Assembly (NCBI GenBank): GCA_964528305.1
Contig: CAZGSD010000002.1
Coordinates: 93,409-157,408, forward strand
DNA length: 64,000 nucleotides
Reading direction: 5' to 3'
Origin: an uncultured Candidatus Peribacteria bacterium
GTDB lineage: Bacteria > Patescibacteriota > Gracilibacteria > UBA1369
The first letter of the stretch is position 1; each line of letters starts with the position of its first letter. A program made the translations under genes and the position numbers. The notes beneath the pieces are model-generated. The model saw only the letters and a list, made by a program, of their open reading frames with translations. It was not told the origin of the DNA and did no database searches. Below, piece by piece: positions 52,772-61,486 of this stretch.

Positions 52772-53710
52772 AAATTCATCCCGATACTCCCGCCGTTTAT
52801 CATTATTATGATATTTCAAACGGGTTTCACTGACAATCACCGAAGCATTAGCTCCAAGCAAATGTCGTCTTGCCTGAAATCTTTTTTGCAAAACCCTACT
52901 AATTCTCCTTTCCATCCAATCACCAAGTCGCCCAGCTAAAAATCCTTCCACCATTAAAGCCACCCAACTACAGCTATTAGTGAAATCTCCATCCACACGA
53001 ATAGGTTTAGGAAAATACGCCTTCAACCACGCTAAATTAGCGTCCCACATTCCCCGCCAAACCTGACCATCCCCATAAACCGGCCGTAAAGCCAACATCC
53101 AATAAACCATATACACGTCATTTTCTATCAAAACATCCTCCAAATTCAAAGAATCCTCGGCTATATAAAAACTCAAACAAAATCGCCCAGCTATATGACG
53201 ACCATGACGTCTAACGCGCAATAAATGCAACAATACAGTCAGAAAAATTTTAGCTAAAAAAATCCGCCCACTCTTCGTCACCACCAGCAAATCTATATCA
53301 CTATGCTCATCCGCTATCTCCAGAGCAGAGTAATTGCACACCGCTACCAATTTAATAAAAGGCACATAGGGCAATACCCGTGCCAACCACTCAGACCTGG
53401 CCAAAATTTGCCGGGCATATTTCGCCCCATCTTCATCACTAAACACACCCCTATTTTTCAGCCCATATCTGTCATCAGCAAACCCCACTTCATTTTCCAA
53501 TCCCACCAAAGCCTCAGTCACAACCAACTCAGACACCGCCCCTCCCAGTAACCACCCCGCCAATTCCTCCAACTTTAAACGCCGCCCAAAAACATCAAAA
53601 TAAGCCAATGTAGCCAAAATTTTTTGCCGCACCGTCCACCCCTGAATGTCACTCAACTTTATCATCAAATCAAAACAAATATTGGTAGCCCAACCAGGCC
53701 AGACTATCAT
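52712..53710 (-). CDS. hypothetical protein with a Pol-beta-type nucleotidyltransferase-like core (start uncertain: 53710 or 53665)
   Basis: EHSDIDLLVVT resembles the NTase DxD strand. The function is unknown. The 3' end overlaps der by 60 nt. Confidence 0.4.
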   Translation of the reverse strand: MIVWPGWATNICFDLMIKLSDIQGWTVRQKILATLAYFDVFGRRLKLEELAGWLLGGAVSELVVTEALVGLENEVGFADDRYGLKNRGVFSDEDGAKYARQILARSEWLARVLPYVPFIKLVAVCNYSALEIADEHSDIDLLVVTKSGRIFLAKIFLTVLLHLLRVRRHGRHIAGRFCLSFYIAEDSLNLEDVLIENDVYMVYWMLALRPVYGDGQVWRGMWDANLAWLKAYFPKPIRVDGDFTNSCSWVALMVEGFLAGRLGDWMERRISRVLQKRFQARRHLLGANASVIVSETRLKYHNNDKRREYRDEFLKRLLFFDQFRIDGFEEKA

Positions 53711-53744
53711 ATACTATAGCCAGAAGACGATCAAAAACCAATCC

Positions 53745-55985
53745 ATGTCCAATACCTATTTAGAACATTTACGAAAAAACACTCCCCATCAACCAGGCGT
53801 TTATCGCTTCAAAAATAGCGAACAACAAGTCATTTACGTGGGTAAAGCAAAAAACTTACACAAAAGAGTAAACAGCTATTTCAGTGACAGCAAACAACAC
53901 TCCACCAGAACACTTAAAATGCGCGACCAAATCACTGACATAGAATACACCACCGTATCCAGCGAATTAGAAGCATTAATACTGGAAACCAATCTAATCA
54001 AAAACCTGCGCCCCAAATATAATATTTTGATGAAAGACGACAAAAATTTCGCCTACATCAAAATCACTATCAATGAAGATTACCCTCGCATCCTCATAGT
54101 CAGAAAAATACAAAACGACCACGCCCGCTACTTCGGTCCCAAGACAGCAGCCAGTCAAATTTATCGTACACTTAATTTACTCAGAAAAATTTTCCCATTC
54201 CGCACCTGTAACCTGCAAATTGAAAATATCGCCCCCGCCCCCATTGACGACATCAATAAAAAACAACTAGTCAAAGTCAGCAAAGCCACCATCAAATATC
54301 CCTGCCTCGATCTACACATCAAACGCTGTCTGGGCCCCTGCGTTGGCAAAGCAGATCATCAGCAATACCGACAAACTATTGAAAAAATTATCGCCTTTTT
54401 GGATGGGAGATTCGAAGAAGTCGTTGCACATCTCACCACTGAAATGCAAGAAGCTGCTAAAAATAAACGCTTCGAACGGGCGGCCGCATTACGAGACAAA
54501 ATTACCAGCATTCAAAACATTTATCAGCATCAACTGGTCAGCGACCCAACCCAAAAAAATCTCGACGTAGTCAATTATTTCAACGAACATCATCAAGCTT
54601 ATTTCAACGTTTTCCAATTTCGCCAGGGTAAATTAATTGATCAACAAAATCTCATCATTGAGCACGGCGAGACTTTAGGAAAAAACCTTACTCCAGCGGA
54701 ACTAATGGGACAGTTTTTACAACAATTCTACACAGAAAACCCCAACATCCCGGGAGAAATACTACTTCCACATACTGCTGAAGACCAAGAACTGCTAAGC
54801 AAATACCTCCACCAAACAGCCCAGCACAAAGTAATCATCAGTACCCCTCAAAAAGGCAATAAAGATAAACTACTCACACTATCCCTGGAAAACGCCCACA
54901 ATTTCGCCAAACAAAATCGTGCCCGCTGGGAGGGCGCCTCTGTCGATCAAAGACAAAACACCCTGGAAGCCATCGCCCAAACTCTAGGACTACCAGCTCT
55001 TCCTAAAAGAATAGAATGCTTCGACATTTCTCATCTTGCCGGCACCCACACTGTCGCCTCCATGGTTGTGATGGAAAACGGCCTGCCCAAAGCAGACCAG
55101 TACAGGCATTTTAAAATCAACCTCCCCCTACAACCAGGCTCTCCTGACGATTTTCGCAGCATGGAAGAAGTTATCCTCCGCCGCCTCAAATATCTCAAAC
55201 CATCACTGAACTTCAAAGAATTCAAATTAACCAAAATTACCAACAGCAATCCCACAACCTACCGCTTCAAAAAAGGAAAGTCCACTTTGCTGGATATACA
55301 AATACTATCCAGCACAAAATTAAAAACACTAATCGCGCCATTCACATTACCCACTGAAAACATTCCAGCCCTAATACAAAAAATCATTGATAAATTTAAT
55401 AGCAAAAGAATTTATCTAGTCATTCCCAAGAATCAAATCTCCCAATTGGAAGATTTAGGTTTTCAACAAGTCCGTGATCAATTGGACAATTACCAAGATA
55501 CCCCCCCCACAGACGTTGTCGCAGTATATGACAAAACTCGCCATCATCAGGACAATTCATTCCAAAAAGTACCCGATCTGATAGTTATAGATGGTGGTAA
55601 GGGACAACTAGGAAGCGCTGTAAAAGCAATGAAAGAATATAATTTTAAAATTCCCATCGTATCTCTAGCCAAAAAACAAGAAGAGTTCTTCTTGCCAGGC
55701 AAATCAAAATCTATTCAACTAACACCATCCGATCCAGCCCGACTCTTGATACAACAAATAAGAGATGAAGCACATCGTTTTGCCATCGAATACAATAGAA
55801 AATTACGCAAAAACGACTATACTGTCTCTGCCTTGGAACAAATTCCAGGTATTGGTAAAACAACCGCTCAAAAAGTACTCAAAACCTTCGGGTCGATTGA
55901 ACAAGTAAAACAAACCCCGGTAGAAACACTCGCCAAAAGCATCGGCTTGAAAAATGCCATCAAAATTCATTCATTTCTTCAATAA
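53745..55985 (+). CDS. uvrC: excinuclease ABC subunit C with a ~120-aa insertion
   Basis: GIY-YIG (PGVYRFKN..VIYVGKAKNLHKRV), UVR domain (RFERAAALRDKI), RIECFDISH, PDLIVIDGGKGQL and a C-terminal (HhH)2. The start is at MSNTY (53745). Confidence 0.9.
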   Translation: MSNTYLEHLRKNTPHQPGVYRFKNSEQQVIYVGKAKNLHKRVNSYFSDSKQHSTRTLKMRDQITDIEYTTVSSELEALILETNLIKNLRPKYNILMKDDKNFAYIKITINEDYPRILIVRKIQNDHARYFGPKTAASQIYRTLNLLRKIFPFRTCNLQIENIAPAPIDDINKKQLVKVSKATIKYPCLDLHIKRCLGPCVGKADHQQYRQTIEKIIAFLDGRFEEVVAHLTTEMQEAAKNKRFERAAALRDKITSIQNIYQHQLVSDPTQKNLDVVNYFNEHHQAYFNVFQFRQGKLIDQQNLIIEHGETLGKNLTPAELMGQFLQQFYTENPNIPGEILLPHTAEDQELLSKYLHQTAQHKVIISTPQKGNKDKLLTLSLENAHNFAKQNRARWEGASVDQRQNTLEAIAQTLGLPALPKRIECFDISHLAGTHTVASMVVMENGLPKADQYRHFKINLPLQPGSPDDFRSMEEVILRRLKYLKPSLNFKEFKLTKITNSNPTTYRFKKGKSTLLDIQILSSTKLKTLIAPFTLPTENIPALIQKIIDKFNSKRIYLVIPKNQISQLEDLGFQQVRDQLDNYQDTPPTDVVAVYDKTRHHQDNSFQKVPDLIVIDGGKGQLGSAVKAMKEYNFKIPIVSLAKKQEEFFLPGKSKSIQLTPSDPARLLIQQIRDEAHRFAIEYNRKLRKNDYTVSALEQIPGIGKTTAQKVLKTFGSIEQVKQTPVETLAKSIGLKNAIKIHSFLQ

Positions 55986-55999
55986 CCTCTTCAACCATC

Positions 56000-57133
56000 A
56001 TGGATATCACCATCATTCTACTTGTTTTAGCCATCGCTGGACTGGGCTGGCTGATCTATCAAAACCTACAACCCAAAACACCACAAAATCAACAGAGCGA
56101 GAAACTCTTCCTGGAAATGCTAGAAAATCTTCGCCGGGAAATGCATGACACCTCCGTCCGCACACGCCAGGAAATTCAACTTAGCCAAGAAAAAAGTCGC
56201 CATGATGTTCAAACTCAACTAGAAAAAGTCAATGAGCAGCTCTCCAAAGGAATGGTCGAAAACACTAAAACCATCCAAACCCAATTTCAGCAGTCAGCCG
56301 AGATTATCAAAGAAGTTACCTCCAAACTAACCAAACTGGATGAAACCAATAAACAGGTGGTTTCTTTTGCCGAACAAATGAAATCACTGGAAAACATTCT
56401 CAACAATCCCAAACAGCGCGGCATCCTGGGAGAATACTTTTTGGAAACACTTTTAGGCAATATTCTCCCCCCCAATCAGTACAAAATGCAGTATCTTTTC
56501 CAAAACGGTGAAATCGTTGATTCAGTGATCTTTTTCAAAGATAAAATCATTCCCATCGACGCCAAGTTTTCTTTGGAAAATTACAACAAATTGATGCAGG
56601 AAAATGACAGCGCTAAACGCAACAAACTGGAAAAAGAATTCAAACAGGACATCAAAAACCGCATCGACGAAACATCCAAATACATTCGGGCCGAAGAAAA
56701 TACCACCGACTTCGCTTTTATGTTTATACCTGCCGAAGGTATCTACTACAATCTACTAATCTACAAAACTGGCACAGTAGAAATCAACACCCATGATTTA
56801 ATCGAATACGCTTTCAAAAAACACGTCATCATCGTATCTCCAACATCTTTTTATGCTTATTTGGAAACCGTTCTACATGGGTTGAAAGCACTAGAAATGG
56901 AAGAATCAGTCAAAGATGTTATCAAAAGAGTAGGGGAGTTGGGGCGCCATCTCAATTCTTATCAGGATTACATGCAAAAAATGGGCAATCAGCTGGGGAC
57001 TGTCGTCAATACTTACAACAAAGCCTCTGGAGAATTCAAAAAAATTGATAAAGATGTCATAAAAATCAGTGGTGGTACTGAAAAAATCGGCGTGGAATTG
57101 GAATTGTTGGAAAAGCCATCTTTAATGGAATAA
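56000..57133 (+). CDS. rmuC: DNA recombination protein RmuC
   Basis: N-terminal TM helix, coiled coil, then VDSVIFFKDKIIPIDAKFSLENY and FAFMFIPAEGIYY. Confidence 0.85.
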   Translation: MDITIILLVLAIAGLGWLIYQNLQPKTPQNQQSEKLFLEMLENLRREMHDTSVRTRQEIQLSQEKSRHDVQTQLEKVNEQLSKGMVENTKTIQTQFQQSAEIIKEVTSKLTKLDETNKQVVSFAEQMKSLENILNNPKQRGILGEYFLETLLGNILPPNQYKMQYLFQNGEIVDSVIFFKDKIIPIDAKFSLENYNKLMQENDSAKRNKLEKEFKQDIKNRIDETSKYIRAEENTTDFAFMFIPAEGIYYNLLIYKTGTVEINTHDLIEYAFKKHVIIVSPTSFYAYLETVLHGLKALEMEESVKDVIKRVGELGRHLNSYQDYMQKMGNQLGTVVNTYNKASGEFKKIDKDVIKISGGTEKIGVELELLEKPSLME

Positions 57134-57136
57134 CAG

Positions 57137-57216
57137 GAAGCAGAAATAGAAAATTACTTCGGCGACTTTGGGGTAGGGACCGCTCAAGAACCGAAGTGAT
57201 TTTCTATTTCTACTTC
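57137..57216. terminator. 26-bp-stem hairpin between convergent rmuC and tsaC (bidirectional terminator candidate)
   Basis: gaagcagaaatagaaaattacttcgg (57137-57162) against ccgaagtgattttctatttctacttc (57191-57216). There are two non-Watson-Crick positions and a 28-nt loop. Confidence 0.6.
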
Positions 57217-57231
57217 TTTCTAAATTTCCAA

Positions 57232-57870
57232 TCAGATAATTTCTTCATTCAGACATTTTTCTATCTCCACACGGGACACACACCCTTCCCGCAATAGCTT
57301 CACCTGAGCTCCAGTGATATCCACTACCGTCGAAGCCTGGCCCATCATAGAAACATCTATCTCTAGCCGCCCATCCAATGGCTGATCTAAAATAGGCAAA
57401 GTCGGGAATTCACGCTCTATACTAGTTATATCATTCAAAGCCGACTGGCCCGATTTATTAACCGAAGTAGCTATCAAAGGTCGCCCCAAAGCCTCTATAA
57501 GTTGTAGGGGCAAAAAATGATTGGGCCAGCGTACACCAATGGTATCTCCACCAGAAGTAATAGCCTGAGACAAACCCTGCTTAGCCCGCAAAACCATAGT
57601 CAAAGCCCCCGGCCAAAAAGCACAAGCCAAAATCATCTGCCGCTCTTTTATCACACCATCCATTTCCGCAGTAATACCGCTCAACATTTCCAAACCGCCA
57701 ATCAAAGCAATCAAAGGCTTACTATCCGGCCGCCCCTTAATCTCCCGTATTTTTCGCACGGCCTCTTCATTAACACTATCACAAGCTAAACCATAAACAG
57801 TATCCGTCGGCACCACTAACAAATCCCCACGCCGCAAAATTTCCACAGCCTGGTCCAGAGTCACTATCAT
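57232..57870 (-). CDS. tsaC: L-threonylcarbamoyladenylate synthase (YrdC/Sua5 domain only)
   Basis: LRRGDLLVVPTDTVYGLACD, KGRPDSKPLIAL and GDTIGVRWP. The ORF-track N-terminal extension runs through the tRNA-Leu gene and is rejected. Confidence 0.85.
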   Translation of the reverse strand: MIVTLDQAVEILRRGDLLVVPTDTVYGLACDSVNEEAVRKIREIKGRPDSKPLIALIGGLEMLSGITAEMDGVIKERQMILACAFWPGALTMVLRAKQGLSQAITSGGDTIGVRWPNHFLPLQLIEALGRPLIATSVNKSGQSALNDITSIEREFPTLPILDQPLDGRLEIDVSMMGQASTVVDITGAQVKLLREGCVSRVEIEKCLNEEII

Positions 57871-57887
57871 GATTAAAAACTTATATT

Positions 57888-57974
57888 TGGTGCGCAAGGA
57901 GGGACTTGAACCCTCACGCCATTGCTGGCATGCGATTTTGAGTCGCACGCGTCTGCCAGTTCCGCCACTCGCGC
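57888..57974 (-). tRNA. tRNA-Leu (anticodon CAA), long variable arm, CCA encoded
   Basis: The reverse complement is GCGCGAGTGGCGGAACTGGCAGACGCGTGCGACTCAAAATCGCATGCCAGCAATGGCGTGAGGGTTCAAGTCCCTCCTTGCGCACCA. The anticodon stem TGCGA/TCGCA encloses the loop CTCAAAA. Confidence 0.9.
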
Positions 57975-57998
57975 ACAATTTTTCTAGAAAGCAGGCAA

Positions 57999-58027
57999 AT
58001 TCTAGGGACTAGCCAGCAGCAAGTCAA
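57999..58027 (-). promoter_or_regulatory. sigma70-type promoter TTGACT-17-TAGAAT for tRNA-Leu(CAA) and tsaC
   Basis: The minus strand reads ttgact tgctgctggctagtccc tagaat, followed by 24 nt and then tRNA position 1. Confidence 0.55.
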
Positions 58028-58098
58028 CAATATTTGCATTTTAGAGGGAAACAAGGAACAATAAACCCGATTAATTCACGATCAACTATAGCCCAAAT

Positions 58099-59442
58099 AT
58101 GAGCAAATTCTGCGACATCACAATTATTAAATGTATTGCCGGACGAGGTGGCAACGGAGCATCCCATTTTCATCGCGAAAAATACATCGACCATGGAGGC
58201 CCAGACGGCGGCGATGGAGGGAGGGGAGGAGACATTGTTTTTCAAGCTGATGAAAACCTCAACACCCTAATTGAATTTCACACCAAAAAGAAATATCAAG
58301 CCACTGACGGCGGCAATGGTCAGAAGAAACTCATGCACGGTGCCGACGGAGAACATCTTATCCTCCTCGTACCAGTTGGCACACTCATTTATGATCAAGA
58401 AAACAATAATCTACTTGCTGACCTAAAAAATCATGGACAGCAGGCCTTAATAGCCAAAGGTGGCCGAGGTGGATTGGGGAATGCCCACTTCAAAAGCTCC
58501 ACCAATCAAGCCCCCACTTTTGCCGAACACGGTGAAGCGGGAGAACAGCTGGAAATTAAACTTGAATTAAAACTAGTAGCCAATGTCGGCATAATAGGCA
58601 TCCCTTCAGCCGGTAAGTCTACTCTCATCTCCCGCATCTCCAATTCCCGCCCCAAAATAGCCGACTATCCTTTCACCACATTGATCCCCAATCTGGGAGT
58701 AGTAAACATGCAGACTTTCGACAAAAACACTCATTATTCCTTTGTCGTTACCGATATACCAGGACTTATCGCTGGAGCTCATCAAGGCAAAGGTCTCGGC
58801 CACGAGTTCTTACGCCATGTCAGCCGCAACCATTTATTGCTTCATCTCCTCGATGCCACTTCAGCCGACCCCTTAGAGGACTATCTCACCATCAATAGTG
58901 AATTGAAAGCATATGACGAATCTTTAGCCCAAAAAGAGCAGATAGTAGTCATCAATAAAATTGACGCCGTCGACGCTGAAACTCTCAAAAGTCTGATCAA
59001 AAAAATTAAACAAAAAGTTCCTGCCCTCAAAAAAAATCTACACTGTATTTCTGCCGTAACTGGAGAAAATTTAGCGGAATTAATGTTTATTCTAGCCGAT
59101 AAAGTCAAACAGCATCAACACAGCCAACAGCAACTGGAACACCTCGACGATCAAATCGGCCTCATCCAACCAGCTATCAGAAAAAACAAAATCGAGGTAG
59201 AATTCGTGCGCAAAAAAATTGATCCACGCACGGGAAAGGGCAAAATCACTTGGGATATTTTTTCTGAACGCTTTGAGCAATTAGTAAATATGACCGACTT
59301 GGAAGACCGCGAAGGCTTGGAACGTGTTTATCACTTTTTGGAACGCCTGGGCATAAAAAACCTCCTGCGCAAAAAAGGTGCTCAAACTGGTGACCGATTG
59401 CGTATAGGTGGCGTTAATGGCAAAGAAATACGCCTACGCTAA
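58099..59442 (+). CDS. obg: GTPase Obg/CgtA with C-terminal OCT domain
   Basis: GGNGASHFHREKYIDHGGPDGGDGGRGGDIVF (Obg fold), GIPSAGKST and DIPGLI. Confidence 0.95.
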   Translation: MSKFCDITIIKCIAGRGGNGASHFHREKYIDHGGPDGGDGGRGGDIVFQADENLNTLIEFHTKKKYQATDGGNGQKKLMHGADGEHLILLVPVGTLIYDQENNNLLADLKNHGQQALIAKGGRGGLGNAHFKSSTNQAPTFAEHGEAGEQLEIKLELKLVANVGIIGIPSAGKSTLISRISNSRPKIADYPFTTLIPNLGVVNMQTFDKNTHYSFVVTDIPGLIAGAHQGKGLGHEFLRHVSRNHLLLHLLDATSADPLEDYLTINSELKAYDESLAQKEQIVVINKIDAVDAETLKSLIKKIKQKVPALKKNLHCISAVTGENLAELMFILADKVKQHQHSQQQLEHLDDQIGLIQPAIRKNKIEVEFVRKKIDPRTGKGKITWDIFSERFEQLVNMTDLEDREGLERVYHFLERLGIKNLLRKKGAQTGDRLRIGGVNGKEIRLR

Positions 59443-59475
59443 CAAGCCCCACCCTCCTAACCCTGCCAAAACCAC

Positions 59476-60066
59476 ATGAAAAATACAACTATACTCATTG
59501 CTGGACTGGGGAATCCAGGCAATAAATACCAAAAAAACCGTCATAATATCGGCTTCGTAGTCGTGGACACTTTAGCCTACAAATTTCAAGCCGACTTTAG
59601 TTTGAATAAAAAATTCAACGCTGAAATCGCTGAAATTAACCACCCCGATCTACCCGGATTACATCTAATATTGGCCAAACCCCAGACCTATATGAACAAT
59701 TCTGGCTTGGCCATACAAAAAATAGCCGCTTTTCACAAACTCACCCCAGAACAGATTTGGGTAATATTTGATGAATTAGATTTGCCATTAGGCACTATTA
59801 AAATCCGCAAATCAGGTAGTGCCGGAACACATAATGGCATGAAATCAATAGTCAGCCAAATTGGCAAAGAATTTCCTCGTTTCCGTATTGGCATAGAAAG
59901 CAGGGGATCAACCGCATCTACTTTTCAGGACACTCCCTCCTTTGTTCTTAGCGATTTTTTTGGCCCAGAAAAAGAAATGATTATCACAACCGTCAATCAA
60001 ACCGTAGAAGCCATCGAAACCGCCCTCCAATATGGCCTGGATGAAGCCATGAACAAATTCAATTAA
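59476..60066 (+). CDS. pth: peptidyl-tRNA hydrolase
   Basis: LIAGLGNPGNKYQKNRHNIGF, KPQTYMNNSG and GTHNGMKS. Confidence 0.9.
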   Translation: MKNTTILIAGLGNPGNKYQKNRHNIGFVVVDTLAYKFQADFSLNKKFNAEIAEINHPDLPGLHLILAKPQTYMNNSGLAIQKIAAFHKLTPEQIWVIFDELDLPLGTIKIRKSGSAGTHNGMKSIVSQIGKEFPRFRIGIESRGSTASTFQDTPSFVLSDFFGPEKEMIITTVNQTVEAIETALQYGLDEAMNKFN

Positions 60067-60070
60067 TCAC

Positions 60071-60099
60071 TTGCAATCACAGCCATCTTCCATTAAACT
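60071..60099 (+). promoter_or_regulatory. possible promoter TTGCAA-17-TAAACT upstream of rplU
   Basis: ttgcaa tcacagccatcttccat taaact lies about 40 nt before the ATG at 60141. Confidence 0.3.
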
Positions 60100-60140
60100 C
60101 GCAGCGCAAAATGCATAATTAACGTCTTATCAAAGCCAAT

Positions 60141-60449
60141 ATGATTGCCATAGTAGAAGTAGGTGGAAAACAATACAAAGTATCTCCTTCCAGCCAAGTG
60201 CAGGTAGATCTGCTAGACGCCGCAGAAGGGTCTGAAATCAGCCTGGACAAAGTACTACTCAAATCAGACGAAGACGGCTCCAAATGCCAAATTGGCCAAC
60301 CTTACACTGGTGATACTCTTACAGCAAAAGTCATCGAACACGTCAAAGGAGACAAAGTTCGTGTATTTAAATTCAAACCAAAAACTCGTTACGCCAAAAC
60401 CCGCGGTCACCGCCAAAACTACACCGTTCTTGAAATAGGAGCGTTCTAA
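60141..60449 (+). CDS. rplU: 50S ribosomal protein L21
   Basis: MIAIVEVGGKQYKV...KVRVFKFKPKTRYAKTRGHRQNYT. Confidence 0.9.
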   Translation: MIAIVEVGGKQYKVSPSSQVQVDLLDAAEGSEISLDKVLLKSDEDGSKCQIGQPYTGDTLTAKVIEHVKGDKVRVFKFKPKTRYAKTRGHRQNYTVLEIGAF

Positions 60450-60458
60450 AATACCATT

Positions 60459-60489
60459 AAAAATTCTCTAAAATCATTAGAGATTTTTT
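60459..60489. terminator. short A-run/hairpin/T-run between convergent rplU and rluD
   Basis: aaaaattctctaa (60459-60471) against ttagagatttttt (60477-60489), with loop aatca. The second arm covers the rluD stop codon. Confidence 0.4.
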
Positions 60490-61427
60490 AATACCAATTG
60501 CAAATCAGCAGGCAGATCCACCCTCAAATCTACCTGCTTTTTAGTTATCGGATGAGTAAAAGCCAATCTATAAGCATGTAAAAACTGTCGGCTCAAACCA
60601 GTTTTCTCCTCAAACCACTGGTTTATTTTGGTATTTCCATAAGTTTTATCACCAATTAAAGCATGCCGAATCGATTGAAAATGCACACGAATTTGATGAG
60701 TACGCCCTGTCAATAAATGCACATCCACCAAAGTGCTAGCCGACACACCCTTACCATATCGCCTTAACACTTCGAACTCAGTCACCGCCTCACGCGCCCT
60801 AGCCCCATCTATGCTCATCTTTTTCCTGCTAACCGGATGCCGGCCTATGGCTGCTTCAATACGCCCATTATCCACTGACAAATGTCCGGAAACCAAAGCC
60901 TGATATTTCTTCTCTATTTGCCGATTTTTAAACATCTCCACCAGTCTCTGATGAGCCACATCGGTTTTAGCCACCACGATTAAACCGGAAGTATCTTTGT
61001 CCAATCTGTGCACTATACCCGGCCGCAACACCCCACCAATACCCCTCAAACCATCACCGACATGGGCCAAAACAGCATTGACCAGACTTTTCCCCATAAA
61101 TTTACCATGCTCCGCCGGATGCACCACCACGCCAGCATCTTTATCTATCACCAGTAAATATTCATCTTCATAGACAATTTTTAGCGGCAATTCCACCGGC
61201 TCCAACTCCATTTTAACCGGCAATGGATAATCCACAACAATTTCATCACCAAACGCAACTTTATAACTTGGTTTCAAATAAATCCGCCCCTTCCAAACAA
61301 GCTTTTCCTTAAATAGTTTTTGTAAATATTGACGTGAAACTCCAGCCTCATTATCCGCCAAAAACACATCCACTCTCTGCTGGGCAGCCCCTTCCTCCAC
61401 CCTGTAAGTTTTTTTTACTCCCAACAT
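60477..61427 (-). CDS. rluD: RluA-family 23S rRNA pseudouridine synthase (RluD-like) with N-terminal S4 domain
   Basis: HPAEH, VHRLDKDTSGLIVVAKT (catalytic Asp) and LLTGRTHQIRVH. Confidence 0.85.
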   Translation of the reverse strand: MLGVKKTYRVEEGAAQQRVDVFLADNEAGVSRQYLQKLFKEKLVWKGRIYLKPSYKVAFGDEIVVDYPLPVKMELEPVELPLKIVYEDEYLLVIDKDAGVVVHPAEHGKFMGKSLVNAVLAHVGDGLRGIGGVLRPGIVHRLDKDTSGLIVVAKTDVAHQRLVEMFKNRQIEKKYQALVSGHLSVDNGRIEAAIGRHPVSRKKMSIDGARAREAVTEFEVLRRYGKGVSASTLVDVHLLTGRTHQIRVHFQSIRHALIGDKTYGNTKINQWFEEKTGLSRQFLHAYRLAFTHPITKKQVDLRVDLPADLQLVLKNL

Positions 61428-61486
61428 TGATTGTCATTAATAAGCACCTTGCTGTACAATAGCCACAAAAATAGCATATCAAGACC

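Noticed and set aside
57871-57978. N-terminal extension of the tsaC ORF (MCASGGTGRRVRLK...).
   Set aside because: This part is the translation of the tRNA-Leu(CAA) gene. The conserved YrdC domain begins at the ATG at 57870.
60141-60489. Missing rpmA after rplU (the usual order is rplU-rpmA-obg).
   Set aside because: The gene order here is obg-pth-rplU followed by a terminator-like hairpin. rpmA is simply elsewhere in the genome. This is a rearrangement, not a feature I can analyse further from this window.
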